DNA of 64,000 nt from an uncultured Verrucomicrobiae bacterium (GTDB lineage Bacteria > Verrucomicrobiota > Verrucomicrobiia > Limisphaerales > JAFGQR01). The stretch covers positions 1-64,000 of the forward strand of contig CAWBHS010000017.1 in assembly GCA_963788655.1 (NCBI GenBank), in the 5' to 3' direction. The notes below the pieces were generated by a model. That model had not been told where the DNA came from, did not search any database, and worked only from the letters and a program-made list of their open reading frames with translations. Position numbers and translations under genes: made by a program. Below, one piece after another: positions 50,958-61,400 of this stretch (its first letter is position 1; every line of letters starts with the position of its first letter).

Positions 50958-51857
50958 ATGAGCGTATTGATCGTCGGCTCGACCGCCCTGGATTCCATCA
51001 AAACCCCCGCGTCCGAAAACCCCCGCCTGCTGGGCGGCTCCGCCAGTTACGCGGCGGTGGCGGCCAGCTTCTTTTCCCCGGTGCAAATGGTGGGCGTCGT
51101 CGGGACAGACTTTCCGAAGAAATACCTCCAACTGTATCGGCGGCATCAAATCGACTTGGAAGGGCTCCAGATCAAGGAGGGCCAGACGTTCCATTGGTCG
51201 GGCGAATACGAACTCAACCTGGACCACCGGCGAACGCTGCTGACTGAACTCGGCGTGTTTGAAACCTTTTCGCCCGTGCTGCCGGCCGCCTATACCAAGA
51301 CGCCTTTCGTGCTCCTGGCGAATATCGCACCCTCGCTCCAGATGCACGTGCTGGACCAAGCCACCCGGCCACGGTTGGTGGCGGCCGATACGATGGACCT
51401 CTGGTTGAACATCGCCCTGAAGGAGTTGCTTGCTCTATTGAAACGGATCGATTTGTTTGTGCTGAACGAAAGCGAAGCCCACCAATTGACCGAGCAAACG
51501 AACCTGTTCCGCGCCGCGCGCGCCATTCACAAGCTGGGCCCCAAATATCTCATCATCAAAAAAGGGCAGCATGGTTCACTGCTCTCGGCACCGCATGGTA
51601 TGTTCCTGGCACCAGCCTACCCGTTGGATAAAGTCGTCGATCCCACTGGAGCCGGCGACTCGTTTGTCGGTGGTCTGATGGGGTACCTGTCCCAAACAAA
51701 GGGCGCGATCGAGAAGAACCTGCGCCGCGCAATGATCCACGGCAGCGTGGTGGCCTCGTTCTGTTGCGAAGGATTTGGTCTCACCGGCCTGACGCGCGCC
51801 ACACGGCCTCGCATCAATAAACGAGTAAAGGAATTGGAGCGGCTGACACGATTCTAA
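50958..51857 (+). CDS. PfkB family carbohydrate/nucleoside kinase
   Basis: LGGSASY, LNESEA, KKGQHG, DPTGAGDSFVGG. Confidence 0.92.
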   Translation: MSVLIVGSTALDSIKTPASENPRLLGGSASYAAVAASFFSPVQMVGVVGTDFPKKYLQLYRRHQIDLEGLQIKEGQTFHWSGEYELNLDHRRTLLTELGVFETFSPVLPAAYTKTPFVLLANIAPSLQMHVLDQATRPRLVAADTMDLWLNIALKELLALLKRIDLFVLNESEAHQLTEQTNLFRAARAIHKLGPKYLIIKKGQHGSLLSAPHGMFLAPAYPLDKVVDPTGAGDSFVGGLMGYLSQTKGAIEKNLRRAMIHGSVVASFCCEGFGLTGLTRATRPRINKRVKELERLTRF

Positions 51858-51897
51858 CCGAAAAACCTCTCCCCACCACTTGCAGGGCCAACAGCCA

Positions 51898-51967
51898 GTA
51901 GCCGCCGACGTGAGGAGGCGGACTGTATGTATCTGGCCGTATTTCTCCTCCGCACGTCGTCGGCTAC
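51898..51967. repeat. REP element between convergent genes
   Basis: GTAGCCGCCGACGTGAGGAGG ... CCTCCGCACGTCGTCGGCTAC. Confidence 0.8.
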
Positions 51968-51987
51968 GGCAAGCGTAAACTTCCGGT

Positions 51988-52747
51988 CTAAACCTCGATA
52001 ACGAGCCCCGGTTTGAAGCCGGTGTGCCGTTGCTCCGGATACCCGCGCTGGTTGCTGATCACCCGCGTGCCGTTCAGTTCGTAATGGACCGAACGATGGG
52101 TGTGCCCATGCACCCATAGCGCCGCTTTGTCTTCGCCCATCAACGATTCCAAATTGCTCGCATACGCTGCCGATAGCGGATCGCCGCGAAATAACGGATC
52201 AATTGATTTGAGACACGGTGCGTGGTGCGTCACCACCACCGTCGCGCCGGCAAACGGTTTGGCCAGGGCGCTTTCGAGCCACGCCCGGCTGGCCTCGTGC
52301 AATCCCCGCGTGATGGCCGGCCGCAGTTTTCCATCGGTTCTCGCTGTTGCGAATCACCCGATAATCATTCATCGAAGCCGCCGCCATGAGCGTGGCTTCC
52401 GTTCGCTTTTCTTCGCCAAACAAGGCAAAGTCCGTCCACAAGGTGCAGCCCAGAAAACGGACGCTTGCGAGCACCACTTCCCGGTTGTCCAGGAAATGCA
52501 CCTGGGAACCCTCGGCTTCCTGCTTCAAGGCTTCGGTGAGCTCGGGCAGCGCCTGGCCGTAGTATTCGTGGTTACCGGCAACATACACTACCGGCCGCTC
52601 GGGGAACTTCGATTGGGCGACTTTGAGCCCGGTCAATCCCGGCGCAATATCGCCCGCCAGCACAATCACATCCGCGTCGGTTTCTCCTACGTCGGCCGGA
52701 CCAAATTCAAGGTGCAGGTCGCTCAGGATTTGGAGTTTGACGCCCAC
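51988..52747 (-). CDS. Metallophosphoesterase (calcineurin-like); frameshift near 52325
   Basis: SDLHLE, LAGDI, AGNHEYY, VTHHAP, HGHTH. Confidence 0.9.
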
Positions 52748-52789
52748 GGTGGAAAGCGGTTCAGTGGTTGCGCACGGACAACGAATCGT

Positions 52790-53425
52790 TCAGGGCAATT
52801 CTTCAATCCGCAAATCCTGGTAGGCCGCTTCCGCCGGACCACCCCCGTGGATTTGCAGACCAATCAGTCCATACTGTGGGATCTGTGGGTCGGCTTCGGT
52901 GTAATCGATCATCGGCACGCCGTTGATCGCCGTGCGGATGCGTTGGCCCTCGCATCGGATTTCGTAGGCATTCCAGTCGTTGGGTTTGAGGGCCTTGGTG
53001 ACGGCTTCGTCGCTGGGTTTGGCGAGAATCCGGTTGCGGCGCGACTCATCGTAGAGCGCTCCCCAATAACCGTCGCCCATGTCGCATTGGTAACCGCTCA
53101 TTTCGTTGGGCGGATTCTTCAGTGGTTGACTGCGCACCTGCACGCCGCCATTGATGAAGCCGCCAGTGCCGACCAGCTTGAATTTCAGTCGCAGGATGAA
53201 ATTTGTGTAGCTCCGGCGGGTGCGGAGAAATTCGTTGCGCGGCACCGTGGTTTTGCGAGAGCCGCCCACAAAAGCCCCGTGCTCGAGGCGCCACGTTCGG
53301 TTGGTGTCGCCGGTCCAACCAGCGTAGGTCTTGCCGTCGGACAAAGGAACGGAAGCTGCCTCCAAACAAGCAGGCATCGATAAAGCCGCCATGACCATGA
53401 TGAGCCAAAGATGCGTGAATCTCAT
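52790..53425 (-). CDS. DUF1080 (3-keto-disaccharide hydrolase-like) secreted protein
   Basis: DGKTYAGW, NFILRLKFK, NGGVQVRS, WNAYEIRC, IGLQIH. Confidence 0.88.
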   Translation of the reverse strand: MRFTHLWLIMVMAALSMPACLEAASVPLSDGKTYAGWTGDTNRTWRLEHGAFVGGSRKTTVPRNEFLRTRRSYTNFILRLKFKLVGTGGFINGGVQVRSQPLKNPPNEMSGYQCDMGDGYWGALYDESRRNRILAKPSDEAVTKALKPNDWNAYEIRCEGQRIRTAINGVPMIDYTEADPQIPQYGLIGLQIHGGGPAEAAYQDLRIEELP

Positions 53426-53597
53426 GGACGCAAGGTAGGGCGGCTGCCCGACGAATGTCGAGGAAAAGGAGCGGGAAGATCTGCAAATCTGCGGGTTCCA
53501 GGGCCAATGGTGATGATCATTTTCACCCGACCCATGCCCCCTCGTAGCGGCGTATGGGCAGAACGCCGCAATATTGGCAACGAGGGTTTGTGGCGAT

Positions 53598-54830
53598 CTA
53601 CGGAGACCCCGCTCCGCCCAGAGGAATTCGCAAGAGCCACTCCGTCACGATCACGCCCAACGTCGTGCCAATCACGTAACCCCAGATACCTACCAGCAAC
53701 GCCGGCAACACCAGGCGCCGCCAGCCCGCCGCGATGGCCATCGCAGCAGCCGAAGGCGGTCCCCCAAGCGTAGCGTTCACGCAAAGCAACAGTTCCTCGA
53801 GATTCAGGCGAAGCAGTTTCCCCCCCACCAACGTCACGGCCAGATTGGTGACCGCCATGATGGCGCAGAACCCGAAGAACATCGGAACATTCCGCAACAC
53901 GGCCAGGAGGTCGGCCGGCAAACCAATCACGAACAAAAACAAATACAACAGGTAACTTCCCAGTTCTTCGGGGCCGTTGATGGCGGCGAACGGTCGCTGG
54001 AACAACGTCGCGGCGGCCAGCGACAACGCGGTGATGAGCACAAACGGATTGGTGACCAACACGCGCACCATTTGCAGCGCCAGCCCGGCGTCCGGCCCGA
54101 GTGTAAAACCATGTTCCACCGCCCGCCCGATTCCTTGTGCCGCCGCGACCACCACCAAAGCGATGCCCAATGACTTGGCAATATCCAACAGGGAAATCCC
54201 TTTGCGTTGCCAGTGTTCCGCGGCCAGATTTTGCGCGCCGGCGGTGTCCGCTTCGCGGGTATGCGGATGCGGATAATGGCGGCGGAACCAGGCACTGCCG
54301 GCCAGCGTAAGCAGTACCACAAACATGCCCGCCATGATAAAGTTATCGGCCACCAACAACGGATTCGTCACCAACTCGCTGACGTGATACGACTCCTTGA
54401 CCGCGAAGAAATTGATCGCCCCGCCGGTATAGCTGCCGGTCATGATGCCCGCCGCGTGTTCGACATTCGGCACCCGGCCGTGCAACAGAAACGTGGCCAG
54501 CAAGGCGCCCAGGATTGTCCCCACCGCGCTCAGATGAAACGCCACAAACATCCAGCGGGTTTCCTTCACGATGCGTCGCGCATCCGCTCGGAACAACAGC
54601 AATGGGATGGCCAACGGCACCAAATACTGGCCAACGAAGTCGTACGCCGGCGAAACCGACGGCATGAGGTGCAGATTTGACAAGGTCATGGCCATCAGCA
54701 ACGCCAATACCGGCCCACTGAGTTTGGCGGCCCACCGCCACGTCTGTTCCATCCAAATCGACAACCCGGTGCCGGCCAACATGACGGCCCACAACGTCCA
54801 GTAGTCGTCCGGGTGAATAAATGAACTCAT
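53598..54830 (-). CDS. DUF819 family membrane protein (putative transporter)
   Basis: About 11 TM helices; LVPLAIPLLLF, GSYTGGAINF, NATLGGPPSA, LVGIWGYVIGT. Confidence 0.85.
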   Translation of the reverse strand: MSSFIHPDDYWTLWAVMLAGTGLSIWMEQTWRWAAKLSGPVLALLMAMTLSNLHLMPSVSPAYDFVGQYLVPLAIPLLLFRADARRIVKETRWMFVAFHLSAVGTILGALLATFLLHGRVPNVEHAAGIMTGSYTGGAINFFAVKESYHVSELVTNPLLVADNFIMAGMFVVLLTLAGSAWFRRHYPHPHTREADTAGAQNLAAEHWQRKGISLLDIAKSLGIALVVVAAAQGIGRAVEHGFTLGPDAGLALQMVRVLVTNPFVLITALSLAAATLFQRPFAAINGPEELGSYLLYLFLFVIGLPADLLAVLRNVPMFFGFCAIMAVTNLAVTLVGGKLLRLNLEELLLCVNATLGGPPSAAAMAIAAGWRRLVLPALLVGIWGYVIGTTLGVIVTEWLLRIPLGGAGSP

Positions 54831-54876
54831 GTGCCTAGGTTGAACGGAGCACGGGTGACCTCCGAAAGCCGCGAAC

Positions 54877-55007
54877 CGTTGGGAGTGCGTGGAGCTTGCT
54901 CCCGCTGTCGCGTTTCGCTGGACGCGCAAAGCAAGAAAGCAACGCGTGCAGATTCTGGAGGCCTCGTCCCAGTCGAAAGCGCCGGCAAGCCGGACGCACT
55001 CCCAACG
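54877..55007. repeat. REP-like element
   Basis: CGTTGGGAGTGCGTGGAGCTTGCTCCCGCT ... AGCGCCGGCAAGCCGGACGCACTCCCAACG. Confidence 0.8.
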
Positions 55008-55097
55008 CTGGCGCGACGGTCGAACGGGCACCGGCCCTGGCGAAGCGCATGGAGTTTGCCTAACGTGGAGTTCTCCATAGCTCCCGGCGCCGGAGGG

Positions 55098-56111
55098 TTA
55101 CAATATGCGGATTCCGTTTCCATTCTCCTCCGGGAAGACCGCCCGGCCCCGCTCCAACCGGACTCCGCTGGCGATGTCCTGCGCAATCAACACGGCTCCG
55201 TCCATGTCCACGTAATCGAGCAACGGCAGCAGTTGCGCAATGGCCGAGATGCCGACGCTGGATTCGGTCATGCAACCGACCATCGCCTGGAGGCCGAGTT
55301 GGCGGGCGTGTTGCACCATGCGCCGGGCGGGCGTCATGCCGCCGGCTTTGACCAGCTTCACGTTCACGCCGTGGAAATGGCCGACGCACCGCGCCACGTC
55401 TTCTTCGACCAGGCAGCTTTCATCCGCGATGATCGGCAACGCCGAGTTGGCCAACACGCGTTTCAATCCATCCCAGTCCCCGGCCGGCAGCGGTTGTTCG
55501 ATAAACTCGACGCCCAGCGTTTTCAACTCGCGCGCATTGCTAACGGTTTGGTCCGCGGTCCAGGCACAATTGGCGTCCACGCGGAACGTTGCCGTCGTGT
55601 GCCGCCGCAACTCACGCACAATTGCCAAATCGTCCGGTGTGCCGAGCTTGATCTTGTAGATGGGCCAGCCGTCGAATTCCTTCATTTTGGCGACCATTTT
55701 GTCCACCGTATCCATGCCGATCGTGTAATCGCTGAGCGGCAGGTTTTCGAGGGACAGCCCCCACAGCCGATGCACGGGTTGGCCCAGGCGTTTGCCCCAC
55801 AAATCATGTGCGGCCTCGTCCAACGCACACAACGCAAAGCGATCGTGTCCGAGCACGGGCAACATCCGTTCCCAAAACGCTCCGGGTTCATCAAGGGTTT
55901 CCGCCTCAATCCGACTACGGGCGGCCTCGAAGGATTGGCGCATCGAGGCCACCGTGATTCCATAGTAAGTGGCGGAGGTGCCTTCGCCGTAACCGCTCCA
56001 ATCGCCGTCGCGGAGTTCGACCAATAGGTTTTCCTGAACCGCCGTCGAACCGTGGGCAATGGTAAAGACGTGCCGCAGCGGCAGGGGAATATCGCGGAGA
56101 ATCAATTGCAT
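55098..56111 (-). CDS. Dipeptide epimerase (L-Ala-D/L-Glu epimerase, enolase superfamily)
   Basis: FTIAHG, YKIKLG, VDAN, EQP, ADES, NVKLVKAGG, GCMTES, DMDG. Confidence 0.9.
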   Translation of the reverse strand: MQLILRDIPLPLRHVFTIAHGSTAVQENLLVELRDGDWSGYGEGTSATYYGITVASMRQSFEAARSRIEAETLDEPGAFWERMLPVLGHDRFALCALDEAAHDLWGKRLGQPVHRLWGLSLENLPLSDYTIGMDTVDKMVAKMKEFDGWPIYKIKLGTPDDLAIVRELRRHTTATFRVDANCAWTADQTVSNARELKTLGVEFIEQPLPAGDWDGLKRVLANSALPIIADESCLVEEDVARCVGHFHGVNVKLVKAGGMTPARRMVQHARQLGLQAMVGCMTESSVGISAIAQLLPLLDYVDMDGAVLIAQDIASGVRLERGRAVFPEENGNGIRIL

Positions 56112-56124
56112 GGTTCGGAAAAGC

Positions 56125-57819
56125 TTAGCGGCGCTTGAGGATCATGTTGGCAAAATTGATGGCCAGCGGTTTGCCGCGGACATTGGTCAGGAACACCAAT
56201 TCCTCGTCCGCATACATGCCTTCCGGCAGGGCAAATACATTCCGATTCACCGGCGTGAGACGATAATCGACCATGTTCTCGGTCATCGCGTAGAGATGGC
56301 CATGCCGGACGCTGATGACGACGGGGATGATGGAATTCCCATAACTGCCGCAAAAAGCCTTCCAGGCTTCGGGGACTTCGGCAACATGAGCGGCCACGCG
56401 CGTGAACTTCTGTCCCATCGTGAAACTGCGGATGCGCCCATCGGAATCACGTTCGAAGCTGACCGGCGTGTCGTCCTCCAATCGTCCATTGGCGACAAAA
56501 TTAGTAGTCCCCACCGCAACGAGGCGCACCGGTTGACCGGAGACATTGGCGCGCAGTTCTCCATCGGCGACCTCAAGATGTGCCCAAAAACTTTCCGATT
56601 CATAGTCACCGGTGAACGCGGCCAACTCGTTCGCCGACACGGTGAAGGGCGCCAGCTCAGCCGGCGGTTTCTCACCGAGCTTGGTTTCCAACAGCAGCGA
56701 CATGGCTTCGAGTGTCAGTTTGCGCACCGGCCCAGTCACAATGTCTTCGTTGGCCAATACCACTACGCCGAGTTTTGATTCCGGCAGGAAGAGAACCATC
56801 GAGGTAAATCCAAAGACGGCCCCCAGATGTTGAATGGTTTTGTGCGCGCGAAATTTGCCGGCGAAAAAGCCCATGCCAAACCCAGTGTCCGTGTTCACCA
56901 ATTGCGGAGTGAACATCTGCGCGAATGAGGCCGCGGAAACAATCTGCCGTTCACCGGCGCGCCCGTTCGCCGCCAGCATGGAAAGAAAACGCGCGAGATC
57001 TTCCGCCGTAGTGAACAGGTTGCCGGCGGGAATGGTACCCAATTCGAACAGCGGCGTTTGGCGATTCACAAAACCGCCGTGTCCATCGGTCACCCGCATG
57101 TAACTGTCCATCACGCGCCCCCGCGGCACACCCTTCAGACGATACGACGAACTGGTCATGCCGATTGGTCCCAGGACGTTCGCTTGCTGATAGGCGTCAT
57201 AATCCAGCCCGGCCACCGTGCTCACCGCCAAGCCGGCGAGACTGGCCCCAACGTTTGAATACCGCGTTTTCGTGTTGGGCGGATTGACCAGCACACAAGA
57301 CTGCAAGCTGGCAATGGTGTCCGCGAGACTGGGCGCGGAGACATCCATGTAGCCGCCAACGGGCGCCTCGCGAACCATCCCCGAACGGTGGCACAGCAGT
57401 TCGCGCAAGGTGATGGGCGGGGCGCCCGGAAACGGGTTCACAATTGAGAACGTTGGGACATAACGTTGCACCGGCGCATCCAGGTCAAGCTGGCCGGCCT
57501 CGACCAATTGCATCACGGCCACGGCGTTGAACAGTTTCGAGATCGAACCACAGCGGAAGATCGAATCCTTTTTCGCCGTGCCGAAGCCAGTGGCATAGAC
57601 GGTCTGCTGATCGTCCACCAAAGCCACGGCAATTCCCTGAATATGGTGCAGGTCCATTTGCGCGCGCACGGCTTGTTCCAATCGGGGAATGACCGCGGAG
57701 TAATCCAGTTTCGATTTCTCTGCGCCAAGGGAAGCAGACGCCGCTACGCAGCAGGCGCCGATCGTGAGCAGCATTGGAGCGAAGGAGCTGATTGGTTGCA
57801 TGGTGACTTGATGGTTCAT
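56125..57819 (-). CDS. Secreted serine hydrolase (beta-lactamase/penicillin-binding family) with C-terminal beta domains
   Basis: FRCGSISK (SxxK), LLCHRSG, YSN, HLG. Confidence 0.88.
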   Translation of the reverse strand: MNHQVTMQPISSFAPMLLTIGACCVAASASLGAEKSKLDYSAVIPRLEQAVRAQMDLHHIQGIAVALVDDQQTVYATGFGTAKKDSIFRCGSISKLFNAVAVMQLVEAGQLDLDAPVQRYVPTFSIVNPFPGAPPITLRELLCHRSGMVREAPVGGYMDVSAPSLADTIASLQSCVLVNPPNTKTRYSNVGASLAGLAVSTVAGLDYDAYQQANVLGPIGMTSSSYRLKGVPRGRVMDSYMRVTDGHGGFVNRQTPLFELGTIPAGNLFTTAEDLARFLSMLAANGRAGERQIVSAASFAQMFTPQLVNTDTGFGMGFFAGKFRAHKTIQHLGAVFGFTSMVLFLPESKLGVVVLANEDIVTGPVRKLTLEAMSLLLETKLGEKPPAELAPFTVSANELAAFTGDYESESFWAHLEVADGELRANVSGQPVRLVAVGTTNFVANGRLEDDTPVSFERDSDGRIRSFTMGQKFTRVAAHVAEVPEAWKAFCGSYGNSIIPVVISVRHGHLYAMTENMVDYRLTPVNRNVFALPEGMYADEELVFLTNVRGKPLAINFANMILKRR

Positions 57820-57826
57820 CGACGGT

Positions 57827-58949
57827 TTACAAAATCTTTCCTAATTCATTCAACACCCGGTCAATCATCTCCGGTGTGTGCAATGCGCAGACCGCGAAGC
57901 GCAACAGGCCTTCCGGGCCAATGCCGGAATAGGCCGCCACGTAGGGCACGAGAATGCCCCTGGCTTTCAGCTTGGCGTGAATCCGTTGCATGTTCGCCGC
58001 GTTGCCAGACTGCACACCGACGTTCGCGGTCGGCCAATCCTCGACGGCCAGCCCAAGCGCGCGCAATCCGCCGCGGAGTTGCCGGATATTGTCCTGCAAG
58101 CGTCGGCGCAAACCCGGTTCACGCAGGACAAGCTCAATGGCCTTGACGGTTGCGCCGGCAACGGCGGAAGGCGGCGCGCTCGCGCCATCGTAATAGTGCG
58201 ACGCGGAACGAACCCGCCCGATGAACGTTTCGCTGCCGGGAATGATCCCGCCAAAACCGCCCATCGCCTTGGCCAACGTGCCGCCGACAAACAGGCCCAC
58301 GCCGTCGTTATCGGTCTGGGCATTCACCGCGCTCGACCACAGACCCAGGTGCTCTAGCGAGCCCCGTCCGTGCTCACCCAAAACGACCAGGCCATGCGCA
58401 TCGTCAATCATCAAAGTTGCCGAGCGCCCAGTCGGACAGGACACTCAGATAATCCGCGAGGGGAGCGAGGGCGCCAGTTACCGGGAATACGCCGTCCGTC
58501 ATGACCAAGGGCCGCTGGCCGGACTTGAGTTGCGCTTTCAGACGACGCGCCAAGTCCTCCGGATCACGATGCCGGAACCGAGTGATCGGCTGATGGGCCA
58601 AGCAGGCTGCTTCCGTCACGGAGTAGTGCGCCGCTTCGTCCACGAACACCCGGTCACATCGCGACGCAAGCGCCTGCACCATGATATGGTTCGCAACGTA
58701 ACCGGAGTTGAAATAGAACGCCGCCTTCATACCGAAGAAGGCCGCCGCGCGTTGTTCGACTTCCAGCGTGGCCGGATTATTGCCAAACCCGGTTCGCGAC
58801 GTAGCGGTGTGGATGCCGTAGCGGCGGGTGGCTTCGCACGCCGCTTCGATGACCTCCGGATGCGCTGCCAGTCCCAGGTAACCGGTGCCCCCAAAATACA
58901 GGTAGCGTTGCCCATCGATCACCGTCTCCGCGCCGGGCGGACTTTCCAT
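57827..58949 (-). CDS. Class II PLP-dependent alpha-oxoamine synthase (BioF/Kbl-like); frameshift near 58425
   Basis: YLGLAAHPEV, SGYVAN, HYS, FRHRD, TDGVF, DDAHG, TLAKAMGGFGG. Confidence 0.85.
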
Positions 58950-58983
58950 GACGGACGATTGTTTGAACGCGTCTTTCAAAAAG

Positions 58984-60051
58984 TCACTTTTCTCCGCCGG
59001 GTTTGCGACTTTGTTCGACGAGCAGCTTTTGTAACTCACCGAATGACTTTGCCTGCGAAGCGCTCTCGACTGATTTCTCGGCAATCTCCTGGACCTTCTG
59101 GTAAGCCGTCTCAAGCTGGCGGGACAGCTTGGTGTTGTTATCCGACAAGTCTTTCACGGTCTTTTCCAGGGATTCGATGCGCGCCGTCATGACATTCATC
59201 TGGCCTTCGGCTTCTTTCTTCAGCAAGTCTTCGCGGTTCTTGGCTTCGAGTTTGAGCCGGTCGCTAACGTCCTTGACGGCCTTGTCCACGTTGGTTTGGA
59301 GTTCTTTCGGAAATGCCTCGGCCTTGGCGCGCAACTGATTGAACTCGGTTTCCTTTTCGGCTACACGATGTTCCCGCTCGGTCAGTTCTTTTTCAGCGGT
59401 TTCCTTTTTCAGCCGGAGTTCCTTTTCCAACGTGGCCTTCTGGTCGTTGAGTTTGTCCAACGCGGTTTGTTGGTCACGTTTGAAGGCATATTCGAACTGT
59501 TCTTTTTCGCGGTCGCGGGCTTTCTTCTCGGCGGTGTCGCGCTCGCGGACCTCGGCCTCGTGGGCCTTCCGCTCCTTCTCCCATTCATCGTGCGCTTCGT
59601 TGATTTCGCGGATCAACGTCTCGCGCTGTTGAGCCATGTCGGTCTCGAACTCCTGGCGTTTCTGATGTTGCGCTTCGATGAGCGCCGCCAGACTGGACGC
59701 ATTCTTCTCGATGCCGTACAGCTCCTGCAATTCGCTTTGCTTGCTCTCGACGGCCTTTTGGAGGCTCTTGAACTTGTCAGCTTCGACCGCCAGCTTTTCC
59801 GAAACCTCGGCCAGCATCCGCGTGATCTCGGACTTGAGCGTGCCAATCTCGCGGTCAATGCCCTCCGGCGCCACCGAGGCGGCGACCTGCGTGGCTTCAA
59901 CGGCGGCTTTTTCGGCCAGCTTCTTTTGCGGATTCAATTCGGCGGCGCGCTTCTCCTCGAGTTGTTGCACCAGGGTGCCATAGGCCTCGAGGATTTCCTG
60001 CTTGGTGTTCTTGTCGGAAATTTTCTTGGGATGGGTTGGTTTGTCGGGCAT
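58984..60051 (-). CDS. Conserved coiled-coil hypothetical protein
   Basis: KNTKQEILEAY, LQELYGIE, E/K-rich heptads over 355 aa. Confidence 0.8.
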   Translation of the reverse strand: MPDKPTHPKKISDKNTKQEILEAYGTLVQQLEEKRAAELNPQKKLAEKAAVEATQVAASVAPEGIDREIGTLKSEITRMLAEVSEKLAVEADKFKSLQKAVESKQSELQELYGIEKNASSLAALIEAQHQKRQEFETDMAQQRETLIREINEAHDEWEKERKAHEAEVRERDTAEKKARDREKEQFEYAFKRDQQTALDKLNDQKATLEKELRLKKETAEKELTEREHRVAEKETEFNQLRAKAEAFPKELQTNVDKAVKDVSDRLKLEAKNREDLLKKEAEGQMNVMTARIESLEKTVKDLSDNNTKLSRQLETAYQKVQEIAEKSVESASQAKSFGELQKLLVEQSRKPGGEK

Positions 60052-60222
60052 AGGTCAATCCGTTTGTTGTCATCGTTGCGTGGAGGGAACGTTGCCAGCC
60101 GGAACGTGGGAAAGGAAGGCAAAATTGTGGCTGGGGAACGGAGCCCGCGCCAATCCGTGTCCCTGCTTCTGCTGGCACAGCCGGGGGCATGGGGAGCAAC
60201 CACTGGCGAACCGATTGTTCGT

Positions 60223-61389
60223 TCAGCGATGGACGTGGAAACAGTTGTGGTGGGGATTGAGTGCTGATGCTCGGCGCAAGAGCTGTTCACCTTCAGACTG
60301 ACGGCCAGCATGGAGGTAAATGGTCCCGGCTTGATGGAAGAGACGCGCATCGACAACTCCGGAAGCAAGGGCCTGGTCCATCGTGGACAAGGCTTCGTCA
60401 TATTCCCCAGCGCGATCCAATGACCAAGCCAAAGCGGCCAAGGTCGCAAAGTTCTCCCGCAAGGCGAGGTCCTGGCGTGCCCACTTTACGGCCGCCGGGC
60501 CGTCCTGGACCACATCAACGTAATAATCGCAGAGATGATGGTAGTAATGAACCTGCCCCTTCGCAACCGAAGCGAGGTAAACGTTGAGCGCCGCTTCGTA
60601 GCAGGCCTGCGCCTGTTCCGGTTGATTCAGGAGGGTGTAAAGCTCGCCCAGCGCTTGCTGGTATTCGGGTTTGGGAACCTGGGCAATGACCTTCCGGTAA
60701 AGCGCGGCAGCCGCGTCGTATTGGCCCTGGGCGCCGAGCAATTCGGCGTGGTGCTCGTCGATCAACCAGTAGCCGGGGTAAGCTTTCGCGGCGCGGGCGT
60801 AGTGAGCACCAGCCTCGGCAAACCGGCCTCGGCTCAAGTCCATGACCCCGCGCTGGAGTTCGAGCCACGCATAAGACCGCATTTGTTTGGCGGTCAGTTC
60901 GTCTGCGGCTTGGGCATAGAGATCTTCGGCGGCGGCGAGTTCACCCAGCTTGAATTTAAACCAGGCCAGGCGAGCCAGGTCGCCCCACGAGCGTTGTTCA
61001 GCGATGGCCTCTTCGTAGCCCCGAAGCGCGCGCTCATATTGGCCCTTTTGGAAAGCAACATCAGCCAGCAGCGACTTCGCCTCGGGGCGCACGGGTAGCG
61101 TGGGAACCATTTCCAAGTCCTCTTGAGCGGCGGCTAAACGGTGGAACGTCAAATCAAGGTTGGCCTTCAGCAGACAGAGGTCTTCTCGCGGACCAACTCG
61201 GGACAAGGTGTCTTCCAGGGTGGCGACGGCCACTTCGAAGTGCGCCGCTTGCCCCGTCAGCGAGGCGCGGTGATAGAGGCGAAAAGCCAGGCGCGTAGCT
61301 TTCTCGAGGTCGGCGGGACGGTCCGCCTGGCCGCGTTCGAGTTCGACGATATCTTGCTCGGTCCTCTGCAGTTCGGCCTGGTAATCCAT
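60223..61389 (-). CDS. Tetratricopeptide repeat protein
   Basis: Multiple TPR units; directly downstream of the DUF4331-like gene. Confidence 0.85.
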   Translation of the reverse strand: MDYQAELQRTEQDIVELERGQADRPADLEKATRLAFRLYHRASLTGQAAHFEVAVATLEDTLSRVGPREDLCLLKANLDLTFHRLAAAQEDLEMVPTLPVRPEAKSLLADVAFQKGQYERALRGYEEAIAEQRSWGDLARLAWFKFKLGELAAAEDLYAQAADELTAKQMRSYAWLELQRGVMDLSRGRFAEAGAHYARAAKAYPGYWLIDEHHAELLGAQGQYDAAAALYRKVIAQVPKPEYQQALGELYTLLNQPEQAQACYEAALNVYLASVAKGQVHYYHHLCDYYVDVVQDGPAAVKWARQDLALRENFATLAALAWSLDRAGEYDEALSTMDQALASGVVDARLFHQAGTIYLHAGRQSEGEQLLRRASALNPHHNCFHVHR

Positions 61390-61400
61390 GGCGCGGTTTC

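Noticed and set aside
52100..53383. Long antisense ORFs (also 12569-13774, 54831-56027, 58221-59192)
   Set aside because: These are shadow ORFs of well-supported genes in GC-rich DNA.
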